NCBI GenBank assembly: GCA_977018835.1
Contig: OZ361258.1
Span: 2,542,001-2,606,000, forward strand
DNA length: 64,000 bases
Direction: 5' to 3'
From: Minutocellus sp. GHC0000111
Lineage: Eukaryota
Shown here: positions 46,379-55,811 of the stretch, one piece after another
Layout: the number at the start of each line of letters is the position of its first letter
Position numbering within the stretch: position 1 is the first letter of the stretch
Notes under the pieces: model-generated
Told to the model about the DNA's origin: nothing
Seen by the model: the letters and a program-made list of their open reading frames with translations, nothing else
Database searches by the model: none
Translations under genes and position numbers: made by a program

Positions 46379-49300
46379 GGCATGTGAGGCAATAATGGAG
46401 GAAACAAGTAAGAAGAAGAGCGATAATGAGTTGCCTATGTTGCTGAAATACATTATCCATGAAGTTGGATCGAGGCTATCGAAATTTGAAGATGATGATT
46501 ATTTCCCTAAGGAGGGATTTATAAAGGCAATGAAAAATGTGGTCGCGGTGCAAATGAGTAACAAGGACTACTCGGACGTTAGATGCAAGGTGGTGACGAC
46601 AAATGAGTGTAGTGGTGATGAATTAGTCTCGTGGCTACGCCGAGTCTATGAGCTAGACGAAAAGTATGACTTGTCCGACGAAGGATTCGAGAGGACGATT
46701 AAAACAGTCAGAGGTTATCGTAAAGGGATGGCTCGAGGTGGAATGGCATGTCCCAAAGAGTGGGAAGAGAGGGTGGTTTCAATTAATAATGCAAAAAAGG
46801 ACCCGAATATAACTCCGAACGAAGTGGATAAAGCACTGCAGAAGATTGCTGAAAAGAAGAAGAAAGACATGACGGTGACCGACGATGAGGACAAAGGAGA
46901 TGCCGAGGACGACCAGAGCGACAGAGTAGAGAGATCCGCGGAAGAAGAGGAAAATCTGGAACTAGATGAAGACGAGGAAACAAACAATGAGGAAGAAGGA
47001 GGAAATAATGGATCAGTAGAGGATGGATCAGACGAGGACGGAAAAGAAGAGGCAGAAGATACATTGGAAGGGAAAAAACAGGCATGTGTGTATGAAAAGA
47101 TGATTGTAAATTAGCATTTGAAGGGTTCTAAAGATGAACCGAGCTACCAGCACTAATGATTTGTGTGCTCTATTTCCATAAGCAGGCTGGATCAGAAAAG
47201 GAAAAGGGATCGAAGAAAAAGGGCAAGGAAGCCGAGGATGATGCAGATGAATACAACAGGCAAGCACCTTTAATAGCTCCGAGGGGTATAAAGATGGGAT
47301 CGATAGCCGCGGTCTCCTTCTTCCGGTATGGTTTTCAGGACCAAGAATCGGTAATTGGAATAGTCGAAGGAAGTAATCCAAGAACACACCCAACAATTGA
47401 AGATAGAATCCCGATACAAAATGGTTTGGTTATTCCGGGAGGTGATGTTCAGAATGACGTACGAAAGGAAACCATTGACACAGTGTACATGTGGTCGGTG
47501 AAGAAAGGTTCGAAGCTGAATCAGATGATAGAGGATGGACAAACATACGAAAAGATCTTTGAAGGCGTCTACATTTCTATAGACAGGAGAAAGTCTGGAG
47601 ATGTAGAGAATAAATATCTGGAAGAGCACCGAGTGTACTATGATGTCCCGAACATTGCGATGGTAATGGATGCTAGAGACTATGCAGGAGGAGAAGCATC
47701 CTTTCAGAATAACGATGAAGCGTTCAAAAGAACCAAGGAAAGGAAAATGAAAGAAAGACTTGCGCTGGAAGGGTTCGATGGATTTATGGAAAATATGACC
47801 AAGGTACAGTTCCACGAACTAGCATCGATAAGTAGAGCCCATGAAACATCGAAGGGTGTCTTACTCACAGAGGACGAAGAGAGTGGAATCCTAGAAAACT
47901 ATGAAAAGGACGACGATGAGGAGGAGGAGGCGATACTCAGGATTGCAACCCTTAGGAAACTTGAAAGGGTTGTTCGAGAAAGGTCTAGTAGGAGACTTGC
48001 AAAGATCGCTGGTTATGCAGAGGCATTCTCCGTTTCGTCACTGGGAGAAGAATGGAGTTCAAGAATTGAGGTAAGTAATGAGAAAAAGATGAGATGTAGA
48101 AAAATGAAATGTACAATGCCCCTCGAGAGCTGAATCTTAATCATTGCCACTTTCATCTTATTATGCAGTCTGTCCAAATTAATGGTGCAAAACGAACAGT
48201 AGAGGCGAGAAAATTGATACTAGGTTACCCAACAGACCCCAAGAGTCAATTTTTAATGAGCAACGAAGAAATGGACAAGATTAATCCAACACGAATCACA
48301 GCAACGATGCCTATCGCAACAAATGAGTGGAATGTTGCGTGGTACCCTTCCATGACCCCGGAACAAATGTGCGCAATAGGAACCGCTGCGACGAATGCCC
48401 AAGCGACGGAAGCAGGGTTGTCCGTTATGACATTAATCGTGACTCTCCTTGAGCGAGCGAGGGGTGTAGCGGCAAACATCGGAGGAATAGGAAGAGAAGA
48501 ATTCTGGAATGGAGATGACAAGGCGCTGAAGAAGTATGAAAAAGTCCTCCAAGCAGCTGTCAAGATAGTTATGAAAGCTGCAGAAGGAGTAGAGAAGAGC
48601 GAATGTCACCCCTTGAGATCGATGGTTGATGACCACGCGAAAGCTAGCGGGATGAATACAAGAGTGAAGACTTAAGGGTGCACAGCCCAGAGATTTGAGA
48701 CGCTAGCAAAGTTGGAGTCAATACCGTACTGGGAAAAGTACACGAAAGAAGATCCACTAGGACAATTCTTCGAGAAGAAGGTGAATATGAACGGGAAGAA
48801 ATTCGTGATGATTGGTGAGTACTGGAAACTAGAAAAATGCAAGAATTGTGATATTTACTTTTGTTGAATATACAACAAAGATGTGTGAGCAAAATTTGAA
48901 TATGGAACTGTACTAACAATCCCGTCGAATTGAATGACATCACATGACCAACCATTCACCGCCTAAAGGGAATTATGACTCCAATTATGGAAAGCATTGG
49001 GTCGCGAAGGGTCTACCGACACAGAGAAAGCCATATGCTTATCAGATAACAGGATTCAGCATTGTAGCGGATGTATTAACAGCGGCTATGCTAGTAGATG
49101 GAGGGATCAATGCGACGATGGCCGCAGCTCAGATTAGAAATGTAGATTTGAGGACGTTGTATCAGATGTTTGTTCATGCTAATAATCTCTGTTCTATCCC
49201 AGCGGACTTAATGGCGAAAGACATGTATGAGATAATGGACACGCCATTACAAAGAGATGGAAGAGCGAAGACCTTCAGATATTGCTCCGGGAAATACCAA

Positions 49301-50530
49301 GCAACAGCAAGATCATTAATATTCAAAGAGACCTGCAAAATGATAGCAGACCATGGAAACGATAACTCGATGCGGCCAACAAGAGAAGCATTGGCTAGTT
49401 CTTTCTTATTGCGCCTAATAGCACCAGGAGGAATACTGGATAGTGGAAATGAACTGGATCTCGGAGGACTAGAGAAGAGTGATGAGGAAACAGAACAGGT
49501 AATATGCCAAGGACATCCGTTAGATGACTTGACGTTTGAAGCCATCAGTCCTCTGAAAAACATGAATACCTTGATCGAACGAGTACTATTCTTTCATTAT
49601 TCCTTTGTGGCGAATGAATACACGGTGAGACCAGAAAGATTCAATTTAGATAGAGTCCTACTGTACGACAGAGAAGAAGAAGGATCGCCAGTGCCGCAAG
49701 AGGAGAAAACTAGAAACCATACGGTAACGAGAGGAGGTAAGGAATTTGAAATATTATTCAACTCAACAGGAGCAATTAAGGTGAGCGAGCACGTAAATGA
49801 GGATTCACAAAGAGTGATGAGCTTAGTACCAAAAGAAATAATGCTCCGATGCGTCATGAACAATATGGTAATGGGAAAACCAAAAGAAGGAGAGGCGTTC
49901 GTAGCACAAATGGACTTCATCCAGATATATGTGAAAGTAAAAACGAAGGAAGGAGGCATAGAACTTAAGTCAGCGACGCCACAGAAGAGGATGACAGCAG
50001 CGCAACGCAAGGATTCATGCATTGGAAATATGACGAGCGACTTTGAAAAGATAACAGACCTACTCGAAGAAGCAATGGATCAGGATGGGAGCACTAAAAC
50101 AAAAACACTTGAAAGAGTCGCAGCTATAGCCGAAGCAGGAAAGAAGAGGGGACAAGACGAGATAAGCCAAGCAACGCCACAAGGAAAGACTCGAAATAAA
50201 AGCAACACGCAAGAGTCAACGAATGACGACGGAGATACTCAAAAAAGAAAAGCCACAGGAGATGACGAGGAAGAACAAAAGAGAGGTCAAGATGAGAATA
50301 ACCATGATGCGCCGCAGAAAAAGATGCATGAGAAAAGCAACGAGAAGGAGCCAGAGACTCCCGAAAGAGATGCTGGAAATGAAGGAGAGGACAGAGTATC
50401 GGTACGAGGACCTGAGACAAGACGAAGCATGAGATCGAGAAAAGGGCATGATGAAGACACGGGGGAAGAGAAAAGTAAAAAATCAGAAGGCAGCGGAAGG
50501 AAGGCAAAGAAAGCAAGAAAAAAAAGATAA
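46239..50530 (+). CDS. Helitron cargo ORF B, large acidic/basic protein of unknown function; probably one multi-exon gene
   Basis: ORFs 46230-47114, 47156-48133, 48109-48675 and 48944-50530 can be joined via introns 47082-47182/47185 (GC donor), 48071-48168 and 48815-~48968, with one in-frame TAA at 48673-48675. The C-terminus is K/R-rich and NLS-like. Confidence 0.55.
48853..48886. repeat. 34-bp palindrome copy (cargo ORF B intron)
   Basis: ATTTA cttt TGTTGAATATACAACA aaga TGTGT. Confidence 0.8.
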
Positions 50531-50579
50531 GAATGATTAATATATATGTATATAATACTAGCAAAATTAAAGAAGAGAT

Positions 50580-50613
50580 ATCTACAAATGTTGAATATTC
50601 CACAAAGATAAAT
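50580..50613. repeat. 34-bp palindrome copy (between convergent ORF B and ORF C)
   Basis: ATCTA caaa TGTTGAATATTCCACA aaga TAAAT. Confidence 0.85.
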
Positions 50614-50634
50614 AGAGCGAGGTACATGAAATCT

Positions 50635-51465
50635 TCAGAGCTGACCGTAATCATCAGGACCAGAAGGATCGAAATGAGGACCAGATCGAAAGCATGATCT
50701 GAGGTAACGAAAGACGGGAGACGAGGAGGCAAAAACATCGCTAGGGAGATGGGGGTTGGAGTCAAAATTAGATCTGAAAACGTAAGCAGCGGATCCAACG
50801 TTGGCATCACGTACATAGAGCATGGGGATTTCATCGGAACAGATTGACTCTCTGTCAGCTGCATGGATAACACGTAAGACGTCGACTTGCTCAAGCTGGT
50901 TCACAGCAAGAAAAGATGCTATGAAATGGCAAAAAGAAGCATGAATAGGACCTGCAGATGCCGCGCCGGGGCCGTGAGGTTCGGAAGCTAATGATTGGAC
51001 AAAACGTGCAAATTCAGGATGCCGAAAGACCGTGCGAAACGTCGGGACACATGACATTACAAAAGGTAAAACAGAACCACTCCAATCAATGTCCGACCCA
51101 GAACGACGAAGGCGAAAAGAGCTATGAGGTCGACGGAAGAAAAATATCCCGTCAATGCGATAAACAGTACGACTGAAGATATCAATAATAAGACACCGAT
51201 CGACGAGGCTCGACGAAGAAGAGAGACAACCAAAAGACCGAGGAGATTCGAGAGACCGAGATACAGGATCGACGACAGCGGAAGATACAAATATAGAACG
51301 AGACAGACAAAGATCGACGATGAAGGAGTGAAATTCATTCGAGAGAACGATATCAACGAATGACGGGGACGAGAGATGGGTAGAGGCGCATTGGCGACAG
51401 TGAGAGGACAACCACAAACGACGAAAGAATTCCTTGCCGAGGGGAGAAGCCGCAAACGAATCCAT
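50635..51465 (-). CDS. Helitron cargo ORF C, unknown function
   Basis: Open frame of 276 codons from ATG 51465 (MDSFAASPLG), rich in S/F/R; convergent on ORF B. Confidence 0.45.
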   Translation of the reverse strand: MDSFAASPLGKEFFRRLWLSSHCRQCASTHLSSPSFVDIVLSNEFHSFIVDLCLSRSIFVSSAVVDPVSRSLESPRSFGCLSSSSSLVDRCLIIDIFSRTVYRIDGIFFFRRPHSSFRLRRSGSDIDWSGSVLPFVMSCVPTFRTVFRHPEFARFVQSLASEPHGPGAASAGPIHASFCHFIASFLAVNQLEQVDVLRVIHAADRESICSDEIPMLYVRDANVGSAAYVFRSNFDSNPHLPSDVFASSSPVFRYLRSCFRSGPHFDPSGPDDYGQL

Positions 51466-51658
51466 GGCAGGGAAACAGAAGAGACAAGAAACACCACGAC
51501 GACACCGCCACGAGCGCAACGAAGACGACGATGTACAATTACAATGGAGCTCACACGGCGCACCGATGCAGGATACGATCGACGGCCACGATTTGAACGC
51601 GCACCTGTGAGCAGAATGTCTCACTACTTTCCATATGACGTCATTATACGTCTCGGCC

Positions 51659-51692
51659 ACATAGGATTGTTGAGCATTCAACATTAGTCAAT
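51659..51692. repeat. 34-bp palindrome copy (right end of the element)
   Basis: ACATA ggat TGTTGAGCATTCAACA ttag TCAAT. Confidence 0.75.
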
Positions 51693-52548
51693 GCAGGAAG
51701 AGGCATCGACTATAAACAAGAAACGTATAAAATGTAAAGAGAGTTATGCTTAAGCAGTAAGAAAAGAATTGTAGCACGAAGTGCCAATTTATAATAAAAA
51801 AAAAAAGAAGAGGAATAGCTAGCTCATCACGGACACACGGGGCAACAGAGGAAGAAAGAGAGAGAGCAGCAGCAGCACAGCAGCAGCAACCAAACAGCAG
51901 CCCCGCCAGGGCACCCGGGCCATCTGCTGTAGCCCCTCTCTCCCACCTCTGCAATGAACACCAACAATGAACACTCAGGACAGAAAGCACGACATGCCAG
52001 CCAAGCTACGTAGAAACAGTGCACAGGCTACGAACCAGCGGATGGGAACCCACCCCTCCGATGCCATTTGGTCTGTCCGTCACCACACCACCGAGACCAC
52101 ATGAGCAGCGGAGCTCTTGTAAGCAGCTTGGTGTATGACTCGTTAGCACTCGAAAAAAGCGAATTATTATCGTTCCCGCAAACCGCGTCTCATCTCATTC
52201 CCGGCACGTGCTTGCTCGAAGGTGCGCCAAGGACCTTGCCCCAAACGCTCGAGCTGCTTTGCTGCACCAGTCGACCGGTAATCGGCAGCCACAAATCAGA
52301 TTGACTCTTGTTGGCGTATCCCTTACTTTGCGTCGCTTTGTTAGGTCTCCCACTTTCGTTTCGTCGGGCTATTCTCGTCCAGAACTTTTACTCATCGAAT
52401 TGGTCGAATTTCGATCAACTCCGTCGTGAGTCGATTGCACGACCTCCGAACGATTGACATTTAGTTGGTGAAACTCGCGCCTCCAGCCCGCCTCTAACCT
52501 GCATCAACGTCAAAAACTCGCCTGCTGATTTCCTATCTCATCGCAAAC

Positions 52549-53970
52549 ATGACGGAGTATTCGCCTTCCTACTCGCCATCGGGCCGATCGCGAGTCCTAC
52601 CGGGAGTTTCCACTGTCGACGTCCTGTCTCTCGCCACCTCTGCGCTGGCGGCGGCTGTAGCGGCATCCCTGCCCATCAGGCAGCTAGCGGAGCAACCCGA
52701 TGATCCAAGTGGTGCTGATTCGTCTTCAGACATCCCTAAAAGCAATGGGGGTGCAAAGGATAAGCTACAAAAGAATGGATCCAAGCAGAACGTCCGAACA
52801 AAGCTGGATGGGACGGTCGTGACCGATGCCGACGGGGCCGCACAGCGCATCATCGTGGCGGCATTGCGACATGTTTCTTCTGACGTTCGCATCGTTGGAG
52901 AAGAATCGCGAACGGAGATGGAACGATTGAATTCCAAGACCTTTGAGGCGGCAGCTCGACGGTTTTTGGAGATGGATATCAACGCTGATGATTCACTTGA
53001 TGATGATACCGCCGAGGCGAAGAGCAACGAAGATGGCGAAAGTGAAGAATCAACACCAGATGCTGAGCATGAAATTGCGGGAATATTCCAAATGGTACGA
53101 GAGGAGATCAATGGTCGGTATCGCGAGGCGATTGGTCGGCGCATCGACATACCAGACATATGTGCTGATGACGAATCCACTGGCAATTCGTGTGACTACC
53201 GAAACGGCAAAGCATCCAATGGTGGCTCGTCTATCTTTTCTCCCAGGGACCGCATGGTGGACTCCTCTCGCGTGAGTGTGCTCATTGACCCTCTCGATGG
53301 AACGTCATGCTACGCCAGTGGCAAGCATGAATACGTCACAACACTGGTAGCGATTGTTTTGGACAATACGCCAATATTTGGAGTCATTTGCAAACCCTTT
53401 GGACACGAAGGCGAGCCGTGCATATTGAATTCTGGCTGCTTTGCCGTTTATGGTGGCATATTGCTTGGTGGAGTATACGTTGCTGGAGGCGATGAGATTG
53501 AGCGAAGTAGCTTGACACGGCATCGATTGACGTCCAAGCCAACAGATGCAGAACTTGCCGAGGTGAGCCAATCCAGAAAGAGACGAAGAGCGATAATATC
53601 CAAATCAAGAGCCGGCGGCGTGGTTGGCAAGTGCATTCAGGCCCTGGCCGATGAGGATCTGCTGCAGAGTGATCCTGCCTTCATCAGCGGTGCCGGTGTA
53701 AAAGCCCTTCATCTGTTGGTTGGATCCAGCGATGAGTCATTGTGGTTCTTTCCCAAAGCTGGCACTTCGCTATGGGACGTTGCCGCCGCCGATGCCTTAC
53801 TTCGGGTCATTGGAGGTCGGTTATCGGATAAATATGGCAAGGACATCAATTATGATAAGTCGAGACAAGATGCAGAAAACGAGGATGGCGTCGTAGCATG
53901 CAACGATGCTGAGTTGCACGCTAGGTGTATACAAATATTCCAGGAAGCAGATTGGAGGGATGACGAGTAG
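52549..53970 (+). CDS. Inositol monophosphatase family / 3'(2'),5'-bisphosphate nucleotidase-like
   Basis: VTDAD, IVGEE, IDPLDGT, GAGVK and WDVAAADA motifs, with a long acidic insertion. Confidence 0.9.
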   Translation: MTEYSPSYSPSGRSRVLPGVSTVDVLSLATSALAAAVAASLPIRQLAEQPDDPSGADSSSDIPKSNGGAKDKLQKNGSKQNVRTKLDGTVVTDADGAAQRIIVAALRHVSSDVRIVGEESRTEMERLNSKTFEAAARRFLEMDINADDSLDDDTAEAKSNEDGESEESTPDAEHEIAGIFQMVREEINGRYREAIGRRIDIPDICADDESTGNSCDYRNGKASNGGSSIFSPRDRMVDSSRVSVLIDPLDGTSCYASGKHEYVTTLVAIVLDNTPIFGVICKPFGHEGEPCILNSGCFAVYGGILLGGVYVAGGDEIERSSLTRHRLTSKPTDAELAEVSQSRKRRRAIISKSRAGGVVGKCIQALADEDLLQSDPAFISGAGVKALHLLVGSSDESLWFFPKAGTSLWDVAAADALLRVIGGRLSDKYGKDINYDKSRQDAENEDGVVACNDAELHARCIQIFQEADWRDDE

Positions 53971-54068
53971 CTTTCATTTGCATCAAATGTCCACGCTAAG
54001 AATCTAAGGGTTGTATCGCTATGTACTATATAATGTGCTATTTATCCTATGGCGGAAAACTTCATTGC

Positions 54069-55532
54069 TCATTGGCCGCTATCGCTTTCTCTTCTTATTT
54101 TGGCCCTTCTTCGTTTGCTCTTCTTTGATCTTCTGGAATTCGTCGCTGCTGTAGTTTTCTTCGTCCCGAAGCCGCTCCGTGGCTCCTTGCTCATTCTTAG
54201 GGCAGTTTCGAGGTCATAAGGCTCCTCCTGGGCAGCGTTGACATCTTCGCTTTTCTTTCCTGAAATCGGATCCTTCTTTCTTCGTGATGATGGCTTGGTG
54301 ATTTTAGAGCGCCGTCCACCGCAGTGCTCGTCAATGCTCACCTGGATAGCCTTGTCGAGGCTGTAGTCACTGTCTTGCATTGCATCTTGTTCAACTGACG
54401 CGACAGAACTGAGCGATATTGTTTCCGATCGCTGTGCAGGCTTCTTCTCCTTGAGAACTTCCTCCGCCTTGAGCTGCAAAAACTTTTTCTCGAGTTCCGA
54501 TAGTTCTTTCGTCTCTTTCTGCTCCGCCTCTGCCTTTTGAGCAGCAGCCTCGGTTGCCGTAGCTTTTCGCTCGGCCTCGAGCCTTTGCTCTTCTGCGATG
54601 CGTTCAGTCTCTAGCCGCTGCTCTTCGACTCGTTTGGCCGCCGCAATTCGCTCCTCCTCGGCCCGGCGCTCGGCCTCAACTCTCTTCTGTTCGGCCCTCT
54701 CGGCCTCGACTCTCATCTGTTCGGCCCTCTCGGCCTCCAATCGCAATCGTTCCTCCTCCTTGCGCTTCATCCTCTCATTGATCTCGGCACGCAACCTCTC
54801 CTCTTCGAGCTTTTGCTGCCGCCGTCGCTCGGCTTCCTCTTCCCGTGCCTTTCGTATGTTCTCCTGTACTTGATCACTGGTATTCTTGACCACCGTGGCC
54901 GTCTTGGCGGCAGCCTTGACCGTGGCCTTGGCAGTATTGGAGATGAAGGGCACCACGAACCCACCCAGTGTGGCGCTGACTGATTCCGCTAGCTCGGCCG
55001 TCCCTTCCACAAACTGATCGGCCGCCAGCTCTCGGTCGTACTTCTTTCGCTTCTTGGGATCCGACAAAATCTTGTACGAGGTGCTAATCTCGTAAAAGTC
55101 GGGCAAACTGTCTACGCCAGATCCTTTGCTATTAGCAGCATTGGAGGACGAGGAGGCGATGAGGGCATCGGGATGTGTCACGCGTGCGAGACGCTTGTAT
55201 TGCTTCTTGATTTCGGCCGTGTCGGAATACATCGACACGCCCAATACGTCGTAGTAGGTGGTCCGTTCGGCGGCGGTACTCTCACGAGAGGAGAAGAGCG
55301 CCAAATTTGATCGGGAAGCATGAGATGATGACGAGAAAGTTGGTTGCGTAGTGGCGAGTGGCGGGCGCGCCATTGGCATCGGCATCGCCACAAAGCCATC
55401 GACGCGCCGGCAAATGACCGTCGTCAGGCAAACACATGCATATGCGTGGGAGATGAGGGATGCATTGGTGCTACCAGCGCGGGAGATGCGCCTTTGGCGT
55501 CTCCCTCGCCTTCTCCTGGGCTCGTCCATCAT
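54069..55532 (-). CDS. DnaJ-domain protein with coiled-coil region, possibly plastid-targeted
   Basis: YYDVLGV..EIKKQYKRLARVTHPD..YKILSDPKKRKKYD; E/R/A-rich heptads; leader ending VDGF. Confidence 0.85.
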   Translation of the reverse strand: MMDEPRRRRGRRQRRISRAGSTNASLISHAYACVCLTTVICRRVDGFVAMPMPMARPPLATTQPTFSSSSHASRSNLALFSSRESTAAERTTYYDVLGVSMYSDTAEIKKQYKRLARVTHPDALIASSSSNAANSKGSGVDSLPDFYEISTSYKILSDPKKRKKYDRELAADQFVEGTAELAESVSATLGGFVVPFISNTAKATVKAAAKTATVVKNTSDQVQENIRKAREEEAERRRQQKLEEERLRAEINERMKRKEEERLRLEAERAEQMRVEAERAEQKRVEAERRAEEERIAAAKRVEEQRLETERIAEEQRLEAERKATATEAAAQKAEAEQKETKELSELEKKFLQLKAEEVLKEKKPAQRSETISLSSVASVEQDAMQDSDYSLDKAIQVSIDEHCGGRRSKITKPSSRRKKDPISGKKSEDVNAAQEEPYDLETALRMSKEPRSGFGTKKTTAATNSRRSKKSKRRRAKIRRESDSGQ

Positions 55533-55811
55533 GCTTCTTGCATTCGATTATTCGATTTTGATTTCATGTTCCTCGACCTCGACCTTGAAGTGAAAAACGG
55601 TGTACAGGGGGTAGAGAACTGGGCCTCCCCTCCTATTTCAGTCGTCACGGGACTCGACTCGAATCAGCCAGCGATTTCACCTCGCCTCTCGCGAAGCGGA
55701 GAGGGCCGGCGCTATCGGCAAGATACCGGACCGACCTTCGCATCGCATTGCCAAACAAGAACACATCTTGTGCCCGTTTCGAATTGCACGCGGTCATTAC
55801 TCCCTTCCACC

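Larger units (their letters stand above)
37930..52000 (-). mobile_element. Large Helitron-like rolling-circle element with cargo genes (boundaries approximate)
   Basis: Rep-helicase gene; lower GC and strong purine/pyrimidine strand skew relative to the flanks; shared 34-bp palindromes from 37933 to 51692. Canonical TC/CTRR ends were not identified. Confidence 0.75.

Noticed and set aside
15852..48675. Reassigned TAA/TGA (alternative genetic code)
   Set aside because: TAA, TAG and TGA all terminate ordinary genes in this window, and in-frame stops are few and confined to damaged genes.
38072..51692. 34-bp palindromes as loxP/FRT-like recombination sites or a CRISPR array
   Set aside because: The length matches loxP, but the centre is symmetric and conserved rather than an asymmetric spacer, and I found no tyrosine recombinase motifs. 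Copies are kilobases apart with no spacer array or cas genes.
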